Assembly: GCA_037131105.1 (NCBI GenBank) | Contig: JBAXRQ010000001.1 | Coordinates: 130,039 to 194,038 of the forward strand | Direction of reading: 5' to 3' | Source of the DNA: a bacterium | Lineage (GTDB): Bacteria; Patescibacteriota; UBA1384; CAILIB01 | DNA: 64,000 nucleotides | Shown: piece after piece, positions 1-10,421 of the stretch | How the letters are laid out: each line of letters begins with the position of its first letter | Position numbering within the stretch: the first letter of the stretch is position 1 | The notes under the pieces: generated by a model | Database searches by the model: none | What the model was told of the DNA's origin: nothing | Seen by the model: the letters and a program-made list of their open reading frames with translations, nothing else | Made by a program: the position numbers and the translations under genes

Positions 1-321
1 CGTCATGTTGGTCACTTGTAGATAGCGGGTATCAAAGTGAAGGGTGGCACTAATGGCGTTGATAGCCCTTTTTCCAGTCTTTACATGCAGCTCGAGAGGA
101 AATGCGGTGCCTACATTTGCTTGGCTGGGCATGACAAAATAAAAGCCGGCTTCGCCGCTCGGCGTGAAGGAGGCGGGTAGTGAGAGGATGGTTGGTGTGG
201 CAAGTATCCCGATGATGGCCAGAGTCACCCAAAAGAGTAGGCGCCTGCGTCTTCCCCAGGAACGATAAGCTAGGAGAAAAGTCCGGTACCCGTTGCGGAG
301 ACTGGTGAGTAGAGCCCTCAT
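1..321 (-). CDS. Membrane-anchored cohesin-domain protein (runs off the window edge; not in the ORF track)
   Basis: Manual translation from ATG 321: MRALLTSLRNGYRTFLLAYRSWGRRRRLLFWVTLAIIGILAT...ANVGTAFPLELHVKTGKRAINAISATLHFDTRYLQVTNMT; N-terminal TM segment, then a cohesin-like VGxxF..V.TG...INA....L.FD...LxV pattern; starts 1 nt after the stop of the dockerin gene. Confidence 0.7.
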   Translation of the reverse strand, partial: MRALLTSLRNGYRTFLLAYRSWGRRRRLLFWVTLAIIGILATPTILSLPASFTPSGEAGFYFVMPSQANVGTAFPLELHVKTGKRAINAISATLHFDTRYLQVTNMT

Positions 322-322
322 A

Positions 323-1582
323 TTAGCGTGTGAAGTAGAACATCATAATAGAGAAGTCGACGAGGTTGACTCTGGTGTCACTGTTGATATCGGCGACACG
401 GTGGTTGGTCTGCCAGTGGAATAGTAGTATTGAGAAGTCGACCAGGTTGGTCCTTCCATCGCAGTTAAGGTCTCCGTGTGAGATGTCGCAGGCGGGAGGG
501 GGGTTGTCCGATGTCTGATTAGTAACGACAGTGAAGCTCAGGGTGTTACTGGCGATGCTTTGGTTTCCACCGCTGTCCTGGGCACTGGCATACAAACGGT
601 ACTCCCCAGCCTGGTAGGTAGCTGTCTCAACCGATGAGAGGGTATAGGACCAGTCACCCTGGCCGTTGCTGCTAGTGGAATAGCTGCGCAGAGGTGACTC
701 GGTAAAGATATTGATCTGCGAGTTAGGCTTGGCGGCTCCTGAGACTTTAAGAGTGTCGCCTGGCTGTATCTGGCTCTTATCCAGCTCTAAGGTAGGGGAG
801 AGGAGGATGCCGTTGACTGTGGTAACAGTCCCCCCAACCAGGTCTAACTGAAGGGTGGCTTGGGCCGTGGTTCGGTTTGCAGTATCGCTACCGGCTATGG
901 CGAACGTATGTGTGCCGGGACTTAATCCGGTAATGGAGAACAGAAAGGATCCGGCTATGTCAGCGGCAGCAGTGCCGATGACAGTACCATTCTCGGTGAG
1001 ATTGACGAAGGTACCAGGTGAGGTGAAACCGGTGAAGCTTACGGCGCTGAGTGGGGACTTGAACGTGGCTGACACCTGCACATAGCCCCCTCCTTGGGTG
1101 GGGATGACCGTGGACTGGTTACGGATCGTCAGTCCACTGGAGCTGTCGGAAACCGAGATGATGACACTAGTATCGGCGCCGTCCAGAGGGTTCTGGGCTG
1201 TCATACCTGAGATCTCAATGCTGGTACCGGGAAGGAGAGCCAGGTTTGTGATCTTGGCTCTGTTTCCCTCCACTTGGAAGGTCGGGGTGCCAAAGCCTCC
1301 TGTCACGCTGGAGGCGGGTGTGACATTGGTGTAATTGATGAAGGTTATGATGATCCAGTCACTGGGGGTGATCTGCTGCGAGCTGATAGGGAGCGTGAAG
1401 TCTACTGTGTGGCTCACACCAACGCGGTTGACTATGTTGCTGCTGATCAGGTCCTTAGGATAGTCGAGTGTGCCTACGGCGTGGGTGGGCTGCGTTGGCA
1501 GCATCATCAAAACAAGGGCAAGCGAAATGATCGTGCCCGAGAAACGACGTAGATAAGAAAAAGGACCCCTCCTTTGCGCCAC
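323..1582 (-). CDS. Secreted Ig-like domain protein with C-terminal dockerin (duplicated Ca-binding loop)
   Basis: Signal peptide ending THA; bacterial Ig-like segments; tandem GDLNCDGRTNLVDFSILL / ADINSDTRVNLVDFSIMM dockerin repeats. Confidence 0.8.
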   Translation of the reverse strand: MAQRRGPFSYLRRFSGTIISLALVLMMLPTQPTHAVGTLDYPKDLISSNIVNRVGVSHTVDFTLPISSQQITPSDWIIITFINYTNVTPASSVTGGFGTPTFQVEGNRAKITNLALLPGTSIEISGMTAQNPLDGADTSVIISVSDSSSGLTIRNQSTVIPTQGGGYVQVSATFKSPLSAVSFTGFTSPGTFVNLTENGTVIGTAAADIAGSFLFSITGLSPGTHTFAIAGSDTANRTTAQATLQLDLVGGTVTTVNGILLSPTLELDKSQIQPGDTLKVSGAAKPNSQINIFTESPLRSYSTSSNGQGDWSYTLSSVETATYQAGEYRLYASAQDSGGNQSIASNTLSFTVVTNQTSDNPPPACDISHGDLNCDGRTNLVDFSILLFHWQTNHRVADINSDTRVNLVDFSIMMFYFTR

Positions 1583-1583
1583 C

Positions 1584-2588
1584 TCAATCCCTCGTGAGGT
1601 TGTTGATTATTCGTCGAACCTTCTTGCGCTGGGTAATCAGTAGAAGTAGGACTACTATGACTCCAAGACATATCCAGACAAGTAGAAGCGGGAAGATGAT
1701 GAAGCTGGTGGTGGCGGTCAGAGGTACCTTTGACTGACCATAGTTAGCGACAAGAGTAGCAGTGTACTTGCCGACGTAGCCGCTGTCTTCCCAAATAGTG
1801 TTTACTGAACGACTACCGCCTGGAAGGGCGTTTGCCTCAGTAAGAGGAAGCTCTTTGACCTTGCGACCGAAGATATCGGTAATGACAATGGTTCCAGAGG
1901 GAGCCACGTGCACGTTACCAGTATTGGTGGACCTTAGATTGAAGGCAATGGGACCATGCTGATAATAGGAGTCGTCAGTTTTGAAAGAATCGAGGCTGAG
2001 CTGTTCAGTAATATTTCCTGAGACACGTAGCAGGATCAAGCTGTTTAGCTGGGTGATTACCGAGGCACCACCACCGACGACTGCATCACCGGCAAGGCGG
2101 ACCTGTACTGATGCGTAGTGTCCTCCGGGCTCACCTGACTTAGGAATGCGGATACTGATGTTGATAACCTTCTGCTGGCCGGCGGGTACGGTAAAGCTGC
2201 TAGGCTCAACAGTCATCCACTTTGCTAGGGAATAGGTCGTCTTAGGAGCTTTGGGGTCTTCCACAAGGTCGATACCTCCCTGGTCCCCAGCTGCTTTAAA
2301 GTCCTCAACCTTGGTCTGATAGGTCGCATCGCTTGAACCGCTGTTGGTGACTTTTAGATTCTCATTGACCGTGTCACCTGGGTTTCCGAACAGTTCAAAC
2401 TTAGGCGGGCTGACCGTCAGGGTGTCTGCATGTGCGATACCCACTGATAGTGGTGCAACGAGCAGTAGGGTGCTGAATAGTAGGGAAACGACGACTCCCA
2501 AGCGGGTAGTGTTCATGGCGGTAAGTGCGGGGTGTGTGGTAGTACGAAACTTTATCTGCTCTATTATCAACAGATTTTTTAACGACAT
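1584..2588 (-). CDS. DUF916/DUF3324-like (WxL-interacting, PapD-like) cell-surface protein; start may be ATG 2516
   Basis: SPPKFEL..PG...VTN, W...P..FTVPAG.....I.I.IP...EPGGHY and NTGNVH motifs; signal peptide; C-terminal TM followed by a basic tail. Confidence 0.7.
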   Translation of the reverse strand: MSLKNLLIIEQIKFRTTTHPALTAMNTTRLGVVVSLLFSTLLLVAPLSVGIAHADTLTVSPPKFELFGNPGDTVNENLKVTNSGSSDATYQTKVEDFKAAGDQGGIDLVEDPKAPKTTYSLAKWMTVEPSSFTVPAGQQKVINISIRIPKSGEPGGHYASVQVRLAGDAVVGGGASVITQLNSLILLRVSGNITEQLSLDSFKTDDSYYQHGPIAFNLRSTNTGNVHVAPSGTIVITDIFGRKVKELPLTEANALPGGSRSVNTIWEDSGYVGKYTATLVANYGQSKVPLTATTSFIIFPLLLVWICLGVIVVLLLLITQRKKVRRIINNLTRD

Positions 2589-2635
2589 GCAAGTCGCTTT
2601 AGCTTTTCTGAGCCAATTACTGGCATCCTACCTTC

Positions 2636-3403
2636 TTATGGTTTGATCTTCTGGTAGTCGATATGTACCGTGCCTAAATGAAATATTCCGCTGTCATTAG
2701 AATGGTTTGGAAGTTTGATCATCCATTCAATTTGACCTTTTGCAGACGGCTGGACGTTAGAAAGATCGAACTGCTTGCTAAAGCTGTGCCAGCCGTTCTC
2801 TATGCGCTGACGGGGCGAGCTGGTAATGAGGAGGCTTACGCCATTGAGCGAGGTTAGGCTCTCTAGAGGGACATAGCTACCGTCCTTAAGCCCTAGATCG
2901 CGGGCAATGATAGTATCTGCTGCCAACGTAGATGCAGAAGGATGCGAGGCTAATGCTGATTTGAGGTCTTGGAATTCCGGATTTCGCTGGAAGAACTGGT
3001 ATTGGCCGGTAATGGTATCTGTCCAGTTGAGATCTTTTAGGAGAGGGTGGGAGACAAGGGCTAAATCATGGTAACCGTTTGGCAACTTTACTTCTAAGTA
3101 CGCAACCTCGCTCCCATCTCCACGGTATTGGAAATTTACCAACGTTTCCTTGCGATACTCTTGAGATCCACTGGTGAAATAAGCAAGTCCCGTGGTGACG
3201 TCTTGATGAGGGACGCCTGCCAGCTGCTTTTCATTCTCAGTAGTTGGCCCTGAGAAGTGATTTGTGGTCTTGGGGCAGCCAAATACATGATTGCGCAAGT
3301 ATGAGCACGGCTGGGGAACCCATGCTGAGATGACCAGCACTAGGAGGAATGCACCGCCTATTCCAACCGTAAGCTTGTCCTTAGTAGAGCGCGTCCACTT
3401 CAT
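2636..3403 (-). CDS. Hypothetical membrane-anchored protein
   Basis: ORF co-oriented in the cluster; N-terminal TM after probable start MKWTRS (3403). Confidence 0.6.
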   Translation of the reverse strand: MKWTRSTKDKLTVGIGGAFLLVLVISAWVPQPCSYLRNHVFGCPKTTNHFSGPTTENEKQLAGVPHQDVTTGLAYFTSGSQEYRKETLVNFQYRGDGSEVAYLEVKLPNGYHDLALVSHPLLKDLNWTDTITGQYQFFQRNPEFQDLKSALASHPSASTLAADTIIARDLGLKDGSYVPLESLTSLNGVSLLITSSPRQRIENGWHSFSKQFDLSNVQPSAKGQIEWMIKLPNHSNDSGIFHLGTVHIDYQKIKP

Positions 3404-4472
3404 AGATGATCTTACCGCTATAGGTGTCTGCTGGCTGCACTGCATTTATACCAAAAGCGTAGGATACGTAAATAGTCACTTCTGTTCGATCAGCAGTAGT
3501 AGAAGTGGCCACAGCATGTTTAGTAGTTGAAATCGGGCCGAACTTTGCACTTGCACTAGACCAGCCACTTACCCGGGTGTCACTGGTATTTGCTGCAATC
3601 CAACCGCTATTACTGTTGGCACTGGTTCCTGAGGGGGTGGCCCAGTTCTGGGGAGTGGACCAGGTGGCGTCGACGGCTCCGAAAGGGCTTATCTGGTTGT
3701 CAGGGTTTGAGCCGCTAATTGGTTCATTTAGATACGCATAGACCGTATAGCCACGCGGGGCATTGGTTGTGATCTGTAGTTTGTGGGCAGCGTACTGCAC
3801 GTTTCCTGGCGACATATTTCCGAAAGGGAATTCGGTACCCGATCCTGCAACGGTCGTCGTTACTCCGTTATGTGTCTGGCTGACCGGTACGCTGGATATT
3901 TGAAAGCTGAAGGAAGGATCCTCGGTAATGACATAGGTAGTCTCACCGCTGTCGATGTGCGTGTGGCTATCATCTGAAAATGTCGTGATAGCTACATAGC
4001 AGGTGTCACTTAGATTGATGGTACCTGAGTTACAGTCAGCTATGTGCGGATTGGTGATGTTCTGCAAGTCAACTGAAGCACTCGAAGAAGCGGTAACTTC
4101 AGCCGGAGTGTCGCGCCCAATGTAAATAAGTCCGTCACCGGCACTAGCGGTATTCAGGCTCCAGCCACTTCCTAGTCCACTGACTGTGCCTAGGGTTGCG
4201 CTTGAAAGGCTGAGGTGGGACGGCTTTGTGGTGCCGGCTGACACCGTGGAGAACTGGAAGGCGACACGCTGAATATCGCTGGTGGTGGCTGTGGTGAAGG
4301 TGATGACATGGTGTACGCCGGTCGCAGCGGCCTGGTAATCGCTCAGTGTATCGGCTTGGCTGGTCACACTTCCTGCAAAAGCAGTTTGTATCCCAAAAGT
4401 CGTTACGAGAGCAATGATTGTTACTAGTCGAGCGGCTCTAATACATAAGGAGTGCAGGGTATTCATACCCAT
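3381..4472 (-). CDS. Secreted two-domain beta-sandwich protein, WxL/pilin-like; paralog of 4544-5746
   Basis: Signal peptide ending AFA; FG.MSPG, TNAPRGYTVY, ADTYSGKIIY..ALY C-terminus. Confidence 0.6.
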   Translation of the reverse strand: MGMNTLHSLCIRAARLVTIIALVTTFGIQTAFAGSVTSQADTLSDYQAAATGVHHVITFTTATTSDIQRVAFQFSTVSAGTTKPSHLSLSSATLGTVSGLGSGWSLNTASAGDGLIYIGRDTPAEVTASSSASVDLQNITNPHIADCNSGTINLSDTCYVAITTFSDDSHTHIDSGETTYVITEDPSFSFQISSVPVSQTHNGVTTTVAGSGTEFPFGNMSPGNVQYAAHKLQITTNAPRGYTVYAYLNEPISGSNPDNQISPFGAVDATWSTPQNWATPSGTSANSNSGWIAANTSDTRVSGWSSASAKFGPISTTKHAVATSTTADRTEVTIYVSYAFGINAVQPADTYSGKIIYEVDALY

Positions 4473-4493
4473 TAGTATACAGCATTAGAGTAC

Positions 4494-4517
4494 AAAAGAA
4501 CGCCCCCGAAGGGGCGT
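4494..4517 (-). terminator. Rho-independent terminator after the 4544-5746 gene
   Basis: Minus strand ACGCCCC-TTCG-GGGGCGT followed by TCTTTT. Confidence 0.75.
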
Positions 4518-4543
4518 CCGTTTGCTCTGAGACCGATCCTAGG

Positions 4544-5746
4544 TTAGTAGGAAGCGACGACGTTGTAAACTGTGGTACCAGTGTACTGGTCGGAAGGCTC
4601 GAAGGCGTTAGACTGTACCTTGAAGCTTACGTAGGTAGCGACGGTACCGTTGTCAGGACTGGTGGCAATCATGACCTTCTTACCGATGCTAGAACCGACG
4701 TATGGTGGTGCCCAGACGTTAGCGGAGCTGAAGCCGCTTACGTTGGCATTGCTGCTGCGAATACCGAGCCAAGCCGTATCAACGTTCCTGGTGGTACCGT
4801 CAGGACCGTTAGGATAGGTTCCAGCGCTCCAAACAGCTGATGCATTTGATCCGCCATCTTCAGCCCAACCGGTTCCAACGGTTCCTCCATCGAAGGGATC
4901 GATGTTGTTGGCCGAGTAGGTACCGACCATCAGGTCTGTAGCTGGGGCCGAACCATTGAACTTATTGTAAACGGTGTAACCGTTGTTCGCGTTAGTCAGA
5001 ACTTTTAGGTCCTGAGTGGCAACCTTGGCTGATCCCAGGGCTACGTTTCCGAAAGGAATGGTAGTAGCGGTGGTGGTGACCGAAGTGGCGCCAGCATTGG
5101 CGTCAGACGTGGTTCCGCTGTTCACACCAGCAACCGTGAAGGTAAGAACTGGATCGATGGTGGCTGTCACCGTGATGGTGTTGATAACCGTGTAGGTGGC
5201 AGTACCGTTGTCGACAACAGTTGAGTTGTCAGATGCGTAGGTGGTAATACGTACCCAGCAGGTCTCCGAGTTGGTAACGGAGTCACAAGGGGTGCTAGCC
5301 GAAACGGTGTTGCTGTGGACGTTCGCTGTAGCGAAGCTCAGGACAGGGCTTCCTGAAAGCGTGCCGGTGTCGGTGGTAGCCGTGTAGATAAGAGTACCGG
5401 TGGTAGTCTTATCGAGGGTCCAGTTGCTTGTGTCGCCAGTACCGCCGATGGTAACTGCTGACTTGGTAGCGGAACCGTTGGCGAAGTTATCAGGAACAGT
5501 AGCATCGGTGGATGCGTTCTGGCGGAAGTCGAACTTCACTCTGCCAAGCGGGGTGGTGGAACCTGGCTTGAAGGCGATGGTATAGGTAACAGAAGTCTGG
5601 TTCGAAGTAACGTCTGAAAGAGTAACAGTTGAAGTGTTCAACTGTCCGGCAGCCTGGGCGATACCTGCCATACCAAGGCCAGTCATGGCCAGGGTAGTGG
5701 AAAGCATCAAGGCCCCACTTACTACTTTACGTAAGGATGCAGTCAT
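4544..5746 (-). CDS. Secreted WxL/pilin-like protein, probable major surface subunit
   Basis: GAGGG Shine-Dalgarno before ATG 5746; signal peptide ending AQA; VTATIDPVLTF, IPFG, TNANNGYTV, DQYTGTTVYNVVASY; has its own terminator. Confidence 0.65.
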   Translation of the reverse strand: MTASLRKVVSGALMLSTTLAMTGLGMAGIAQAAGQLNTSTVTLSDVTSNQTSVTYTIAFKPGSTTPLGRVKFDFRQNASTDATVPDNFANGSATKSAVTIGGTGDTSNWTLDKTTTGTLIYTATTDTGTLSGSPVLSFATANVHSNTVSASTPCDSVTNSETCWVRITTYASDNSTVVDNGTATYTVINTITVTATIDPVLTFTVAGVNSGTTSDANAGATSVTTTATTIPFGNVALGSAKVATQDLKVLTNANNGYTVYNKFNGSAPATDLMVGTYSANNIDPFDGGTVGTGWAEDGGSNASAVWSAGTYPNGPDGTTRNVDTAWLGIRSSNANVSGFSSANVWAPPYVGSSIGKKVMIATSPDNGTVATYVSFKVQSNAFEPSDQYTGTTVYNVVASY

Positions 5747-5883
5747 AAATCCCTCATTTAAACTGATGATGTAATAAAAATGTTGAAGCCACACGATTCG
5801 TGTATCTCAGAATCGAGTAAATTGTTAAGATTCAATCCTTTATAGGGTGCCTCGTAATTTACATTACAATACCATTAAACGGG

Positions 5884-6168
5884 TTAGGCGGATGGCTTGT
5901 CAACTATTTTTGGGGCAGCTCCAACCAGGATAGTGACTATGTCATTTTTAATGCGAAGAATACCGCTTTCTATAGCCATGTTCTCTTCTTTTTCAGAGTG
6001 GACCTGTAATTCACCTTTACCTAGTTCAGCGAACATAGGAGTGTGGCCAGGTAGTAGTCCGAGCATGGTTTCTTTGCCTGGCGCCAGGATATAGTCAGCC
6101 GTTCCTTCGAAGAGGATCTCGTCCGGGTTGATGATTTTTACGGTCAACTTTGGTTTTTCGTCAGCCAT
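5884..6168 (-). CDS. atpC: F1 ATPase epsilon subunit (N-terminal beta-sandwich only)
   Basis: LTVKIINPD, LGLLPGHTP, IESGIL motifs; directly follows atpD; lacks the C-terminal helices. Confidence 0.9.
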   Translation of the reverse strand: MADEKPKLTVKIINPDEILFEGTADYILAPGKETMLGLLPGHTPMFAELGKGELQVHSEKEENMAIESGILRIKNDIVTILVGAAPKIVDKPSA

Positions 6169-6275
6169 GTCGTTGCATTTTGATTAAGCGCACTGGTTCG
6201 GCTGTCCAGTCGACTTCGAGTTGAGCATTCATTGGCTGTCTTATTGAAGCGAGACGAGGGAGAATGGAAGTCGAA

Positions 6276-7688
<1,413 letters not shown>

Positions 7689-7747
7689 CTAGTATATCAT
7701 TCGAGTCCCCTATCATACATGGTCCGATTTTCCACTAGCTCTTCTTG

Positions 7748-8194
7748 CTAATAATACTTCCAGTTTCCTTGAGCAAGGTAGTTCATATATCCTGGGCTAC
7801 AGCTCGTAGTGGTTTTCCATTGAAATACGTCAGTCTTTACGCTGTAGCGAGTGCACCTCTGACTAAGGTCGAGCGCTCTGGTTAGCGTGTGAATGATGTT
7901 CGTAACAAAAAATATGCCAATGATAAGAAATCCTAGTGCGATCACTAGTCTTTCGGCCTTAAAAGCCAGGCGTCGGAAAAGCTGGATGAGTACGTACCCG
8001 TAGATCAGGGAGGCTCCGATTGAGTACATCGCGACAACTATCTGAAAACCGACCGTTGTGCCGTCAGAAAACGCCATTATCAGGATGAGGAAGACAAGAC
8101 TAGGAATAGCAGCCACGATGCTGAGTGGAAGAGGAGATGCGGCGCACTGAAAACGTGTCTTGAGGGGTTGGGTTGTTGGATTTGAGAGAGTCAT
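7748..8194 (-). CDS. Hypothetical membrane protein (about 3 TM)
   Basis: 148-aa ORF with three hydrophobic segments. Confidence 0.6.
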   Translation of the reverse strand: MTLSNPTTQPLKTRFQCAASPLPLSIVAAIPSLVFLILIMAFSDGTTVGFQIVVAMYSIGASLIYGYVLIQLFRRLAFKAERLVIALGFLIIGIFFVTNIIHTLTRALDLSQRCTRYSVKTDVFQWKTTTSCSPGYMNYLAQGNWKYY

Positions 8195-8214
8195 ACCTTT
8201 GAAGGTTCAGTGGG

Positions 8215-8784
8215 CTATTGTTTTTTGTGCTCTCCCAGATACTTTGAAACGGCCACCGAGAAGTTGGCCAGGAAAATGTAGAAAGGATAGGCTAGGAGGA
8301 TGGGGTCGAGCTCGCCAACCGAGATGATGGCCAGGATTCCGGCCAATGACACGATCAACCACATGGGATAGGTCTCCGTCGAGGGGTCCTCGTAGGTCTT
8401 CATTACCGTAAGGCTGGCGGCGATGGCGTCGATACCCATGGTGATGAGCAGGGCGAAGACGGCTTCCTTGGTGAAATACCAGATGACCAGGCCGATGCCT
8501 GCGGCAATGAGGGCATTAAGGTCCCGTCTGACCAGGCCGCCCGCGCCGTATTTGAGGGAGAGTAGGAAGACCAGTAGCGCTCCCAGGCCGTCCAGTGCAC
8601 TAAACCAGAGTGAGCTAGTGGCGCCTTCTGACAATTGGGCGAAGAAGGCGATACCCACCAATATGCTCCAAATGAGCCAGGAGGCGCGCTCGGGCTTGGC
8701 CTTTTTGTGGAGGATATCAAGAATATAGGGATAATAGCTCCCGGCCGCCAATACTCCTGCGATAAGTCCGATTACTTCAAGCAT
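8215..8784 (-). CDS. Multi-pass membrane protein (PQ-loop-like duplicated fold)
   Basis: About 7 hydrophobic helices; PYI.DI....KP.RASW and KTY.DP..E...W repeats. Confidence 0.65.
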   Translation of the reverse strand: MLEVIGLIAGVLAAGSYYPYILDILHKKAKPERASWLIWSILVGIAFFAQLSEGATSSLWFSALDGLGALLVFLLSLKYGAGGLVRRDLNALIAAGIGLVIWYFTKEAVFALLITMGIDAIAASLTVMKTYEDPSTETYPMWLIVSLAGILAIISVGELDPILLAYPFYIFLANFSVAVSKYLGEHKKQ

Positions 8785-8808
8785 GGGCTTACTATAGCGG
8801 TATGTGGG

Positions 8809-9354
8809 TTATATTTCGACTCTGAATACTTCGGCATTGACTGCTTCGGTGATCTCTCCTGGAGAGTAAAGGGATTTGGCTGCCTCAAGTATGCCTCCGT
8901 GGGTGGTGATCAGTACGGTTTTGCCAGAGTGCTCGTTCTTGGCGAAATCAATGAACCCCCGTACCCGTACCCTCACATCCTCGGCAGATTCTCCCCCGAA
9001 CGCCCGGTAGTCGTAGGCGGAAGAGGTGTCTTTTATGCGGATGTCGGGATCACCGGTCTCGGCGGCGATCTCGTCCCAGGTCATGCCTCCAAGCCTGCCG
9101 TAGCTCAGCTCCTTCAGGTCGTCTCGCGTCGAGATGGGCAGCCCGAGATTTCCATTAAGTATCTCGGCAGTCTGTAGGGCCCGCTTCATGGGGGAGGATA
9201 GTATCTCATCAATGCCGGCCGGCAGTGCCTGGGCGGCAGCTTGAACTTGGGCGATGCCGACTTCGTTCAGTGGTCCGTCCACCTCCTGGCCATAAGCGAT
9301 CCCTTGCTTGTTGCCATCGGTCTGGCCATGTCTGATGAAGAGTAGGGCGGTCAT
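8809..9354 (-). CDS. Histidine phosphatase (phosphoglycerate mutase family)
   Basis: RHGQT, SSP..RA.QTA, GGES and THGG motifs. Confidence 0.9.
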   Translation of the reverse strand: MTALLFIRHGQTDGNKQGIAYGQEVDGPLNEVGIAQVQAAAQALPAGIDEILSSPMKRALQTAEILNGNLGLPISTRDDLKELSYGRLGGMTWDEIAAETGDPDIRIKDTSSAYDYRAFGGESAEDVRVRVRGFIDFAKNEHSGKTVLITTHGGILEAAKSLYSPGEITEAVNAEVFRVEI

Positions 9355-9488
9355 ATTTTATTCTTATTGAGTGTAAGATTTCGTAGTGAGCATCCCCGTC
9401 CCTACAGATCGACTTAGCGTACAACGAAGTTGTACTTATGCATGACTCCTATGGCGCGCGGAGAGCTGTGGGGAGAGGGGAAGCGAAC

Positions 9489-10418
9489 TTACCATAGGGC
9501 ACTTCCCGCAAACACTTCCCCGATCTTCTTATCAATCATCTTCCGCCGTGCCTTGTTGTATTCCATCCTGAGATCACCAAGCAGGGCGTTGGCATTGTCT
9601 GAGGCGGTCTTCATGCCGATCATCTGGGAGCTGTTTTGGGCCAGGCGGGCGTCCATGATCTGCTGCTGGAACAGAGCGTTTCGCAGGGTCTTGCTCACTC
9701 CTTCGATAAGCTGGTCGATGTGGGGTTCGTACAGGTAGCGTCCTTCTTTTACCGGTTCTTCTTTTTTACCCTCTTTTCCATTCTCGGCTTGCTCCTTGGT
9801 CTCCTCGACCTTTGCGTCCTTCTTGGTATCGGTCGCGACCGAAACGGCTAGGGGCGCTACTACCGAAAGGACCACCACTTCGCGGGTGGCGGTATTGATA
9901 AAGCGGGAGTAAGCGAGGGTCACCTGGTCATAGTAGTCGAAGCTGCTGGTCAGGCGACTAAGGTCTTCGACGCCGAAGGTATCCGGTACGGTGTAGGGGT
10001 AGACTTTCAGCTCCTTAAACTTGTGGCCCTGGAAGTATTCCTGGCCTTTTTTACCGACTATGAAGAAGTCGGCATCCTTCTGCTCTACGAGCAGCTTCTC
10101 AACCTTCTGGTAGATCTCGATGTTGTAGCGTCCGGTTAGACCCTGGTTTGAGGTGACGATAATGACGGCGCGGCGGTCGACGCCTCCAGAGGGCTTGCGC
10201 TTTTTCAGCTTGGTCATATCCTCTGACTGCATGGCGTTGCGCTGGGACATGAGCTCTTGCAACAGATCAGAGGCCGTCTCAACGAAGGGGCGGCTTTTCA
10301 TCACCTGGGTACGCAGGCGCATCATGCGCTGGGTGGCGATTTGCTGGAGGGCGTTGGTGAACTCACCCACCGAACCTACCACGATCATCTGTTCCTTGGT
10401 TTCGTTGAGGGTAGGCAT
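9489..10418 (-). CDS. atpG: F1 ATPase gamma subunit (divergent)
   Basis: TSNQGLTGRYN, VGKKG, MKTASDNA, YNKARRKMIDKKIGEV; position after atpA. Confidence 0.92.
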   Translation of the reverse strand: MPTLNETKEQMIVVGSVGEFTNALQQIATQRMMRLRTQVMKSRPFVETASDLLQELMSQRNAMQSEDMTKLKKRKPSGGVDRRAVIIVTSNQGLTGRYNIEIYQKVEKLLVEQKDADFFIVGKKGQEYFQGHKFKELKVYPYTVPDTFGVEDLSRLTSSFDYYDQVTLAYSRFINTATREVVVLSVVAPLAVSVATDTKKDAKVEETKEQAENGKEGKKEEPVKEGRYLYEPHIDQLIEGVSKTLRNALFQQQIMDARLAQNSSQMIGMKTASDNANALLGDLRMEYNKARRKMIDKKIGEVFAGSALW

Positions 10419-10421
10419 GGC

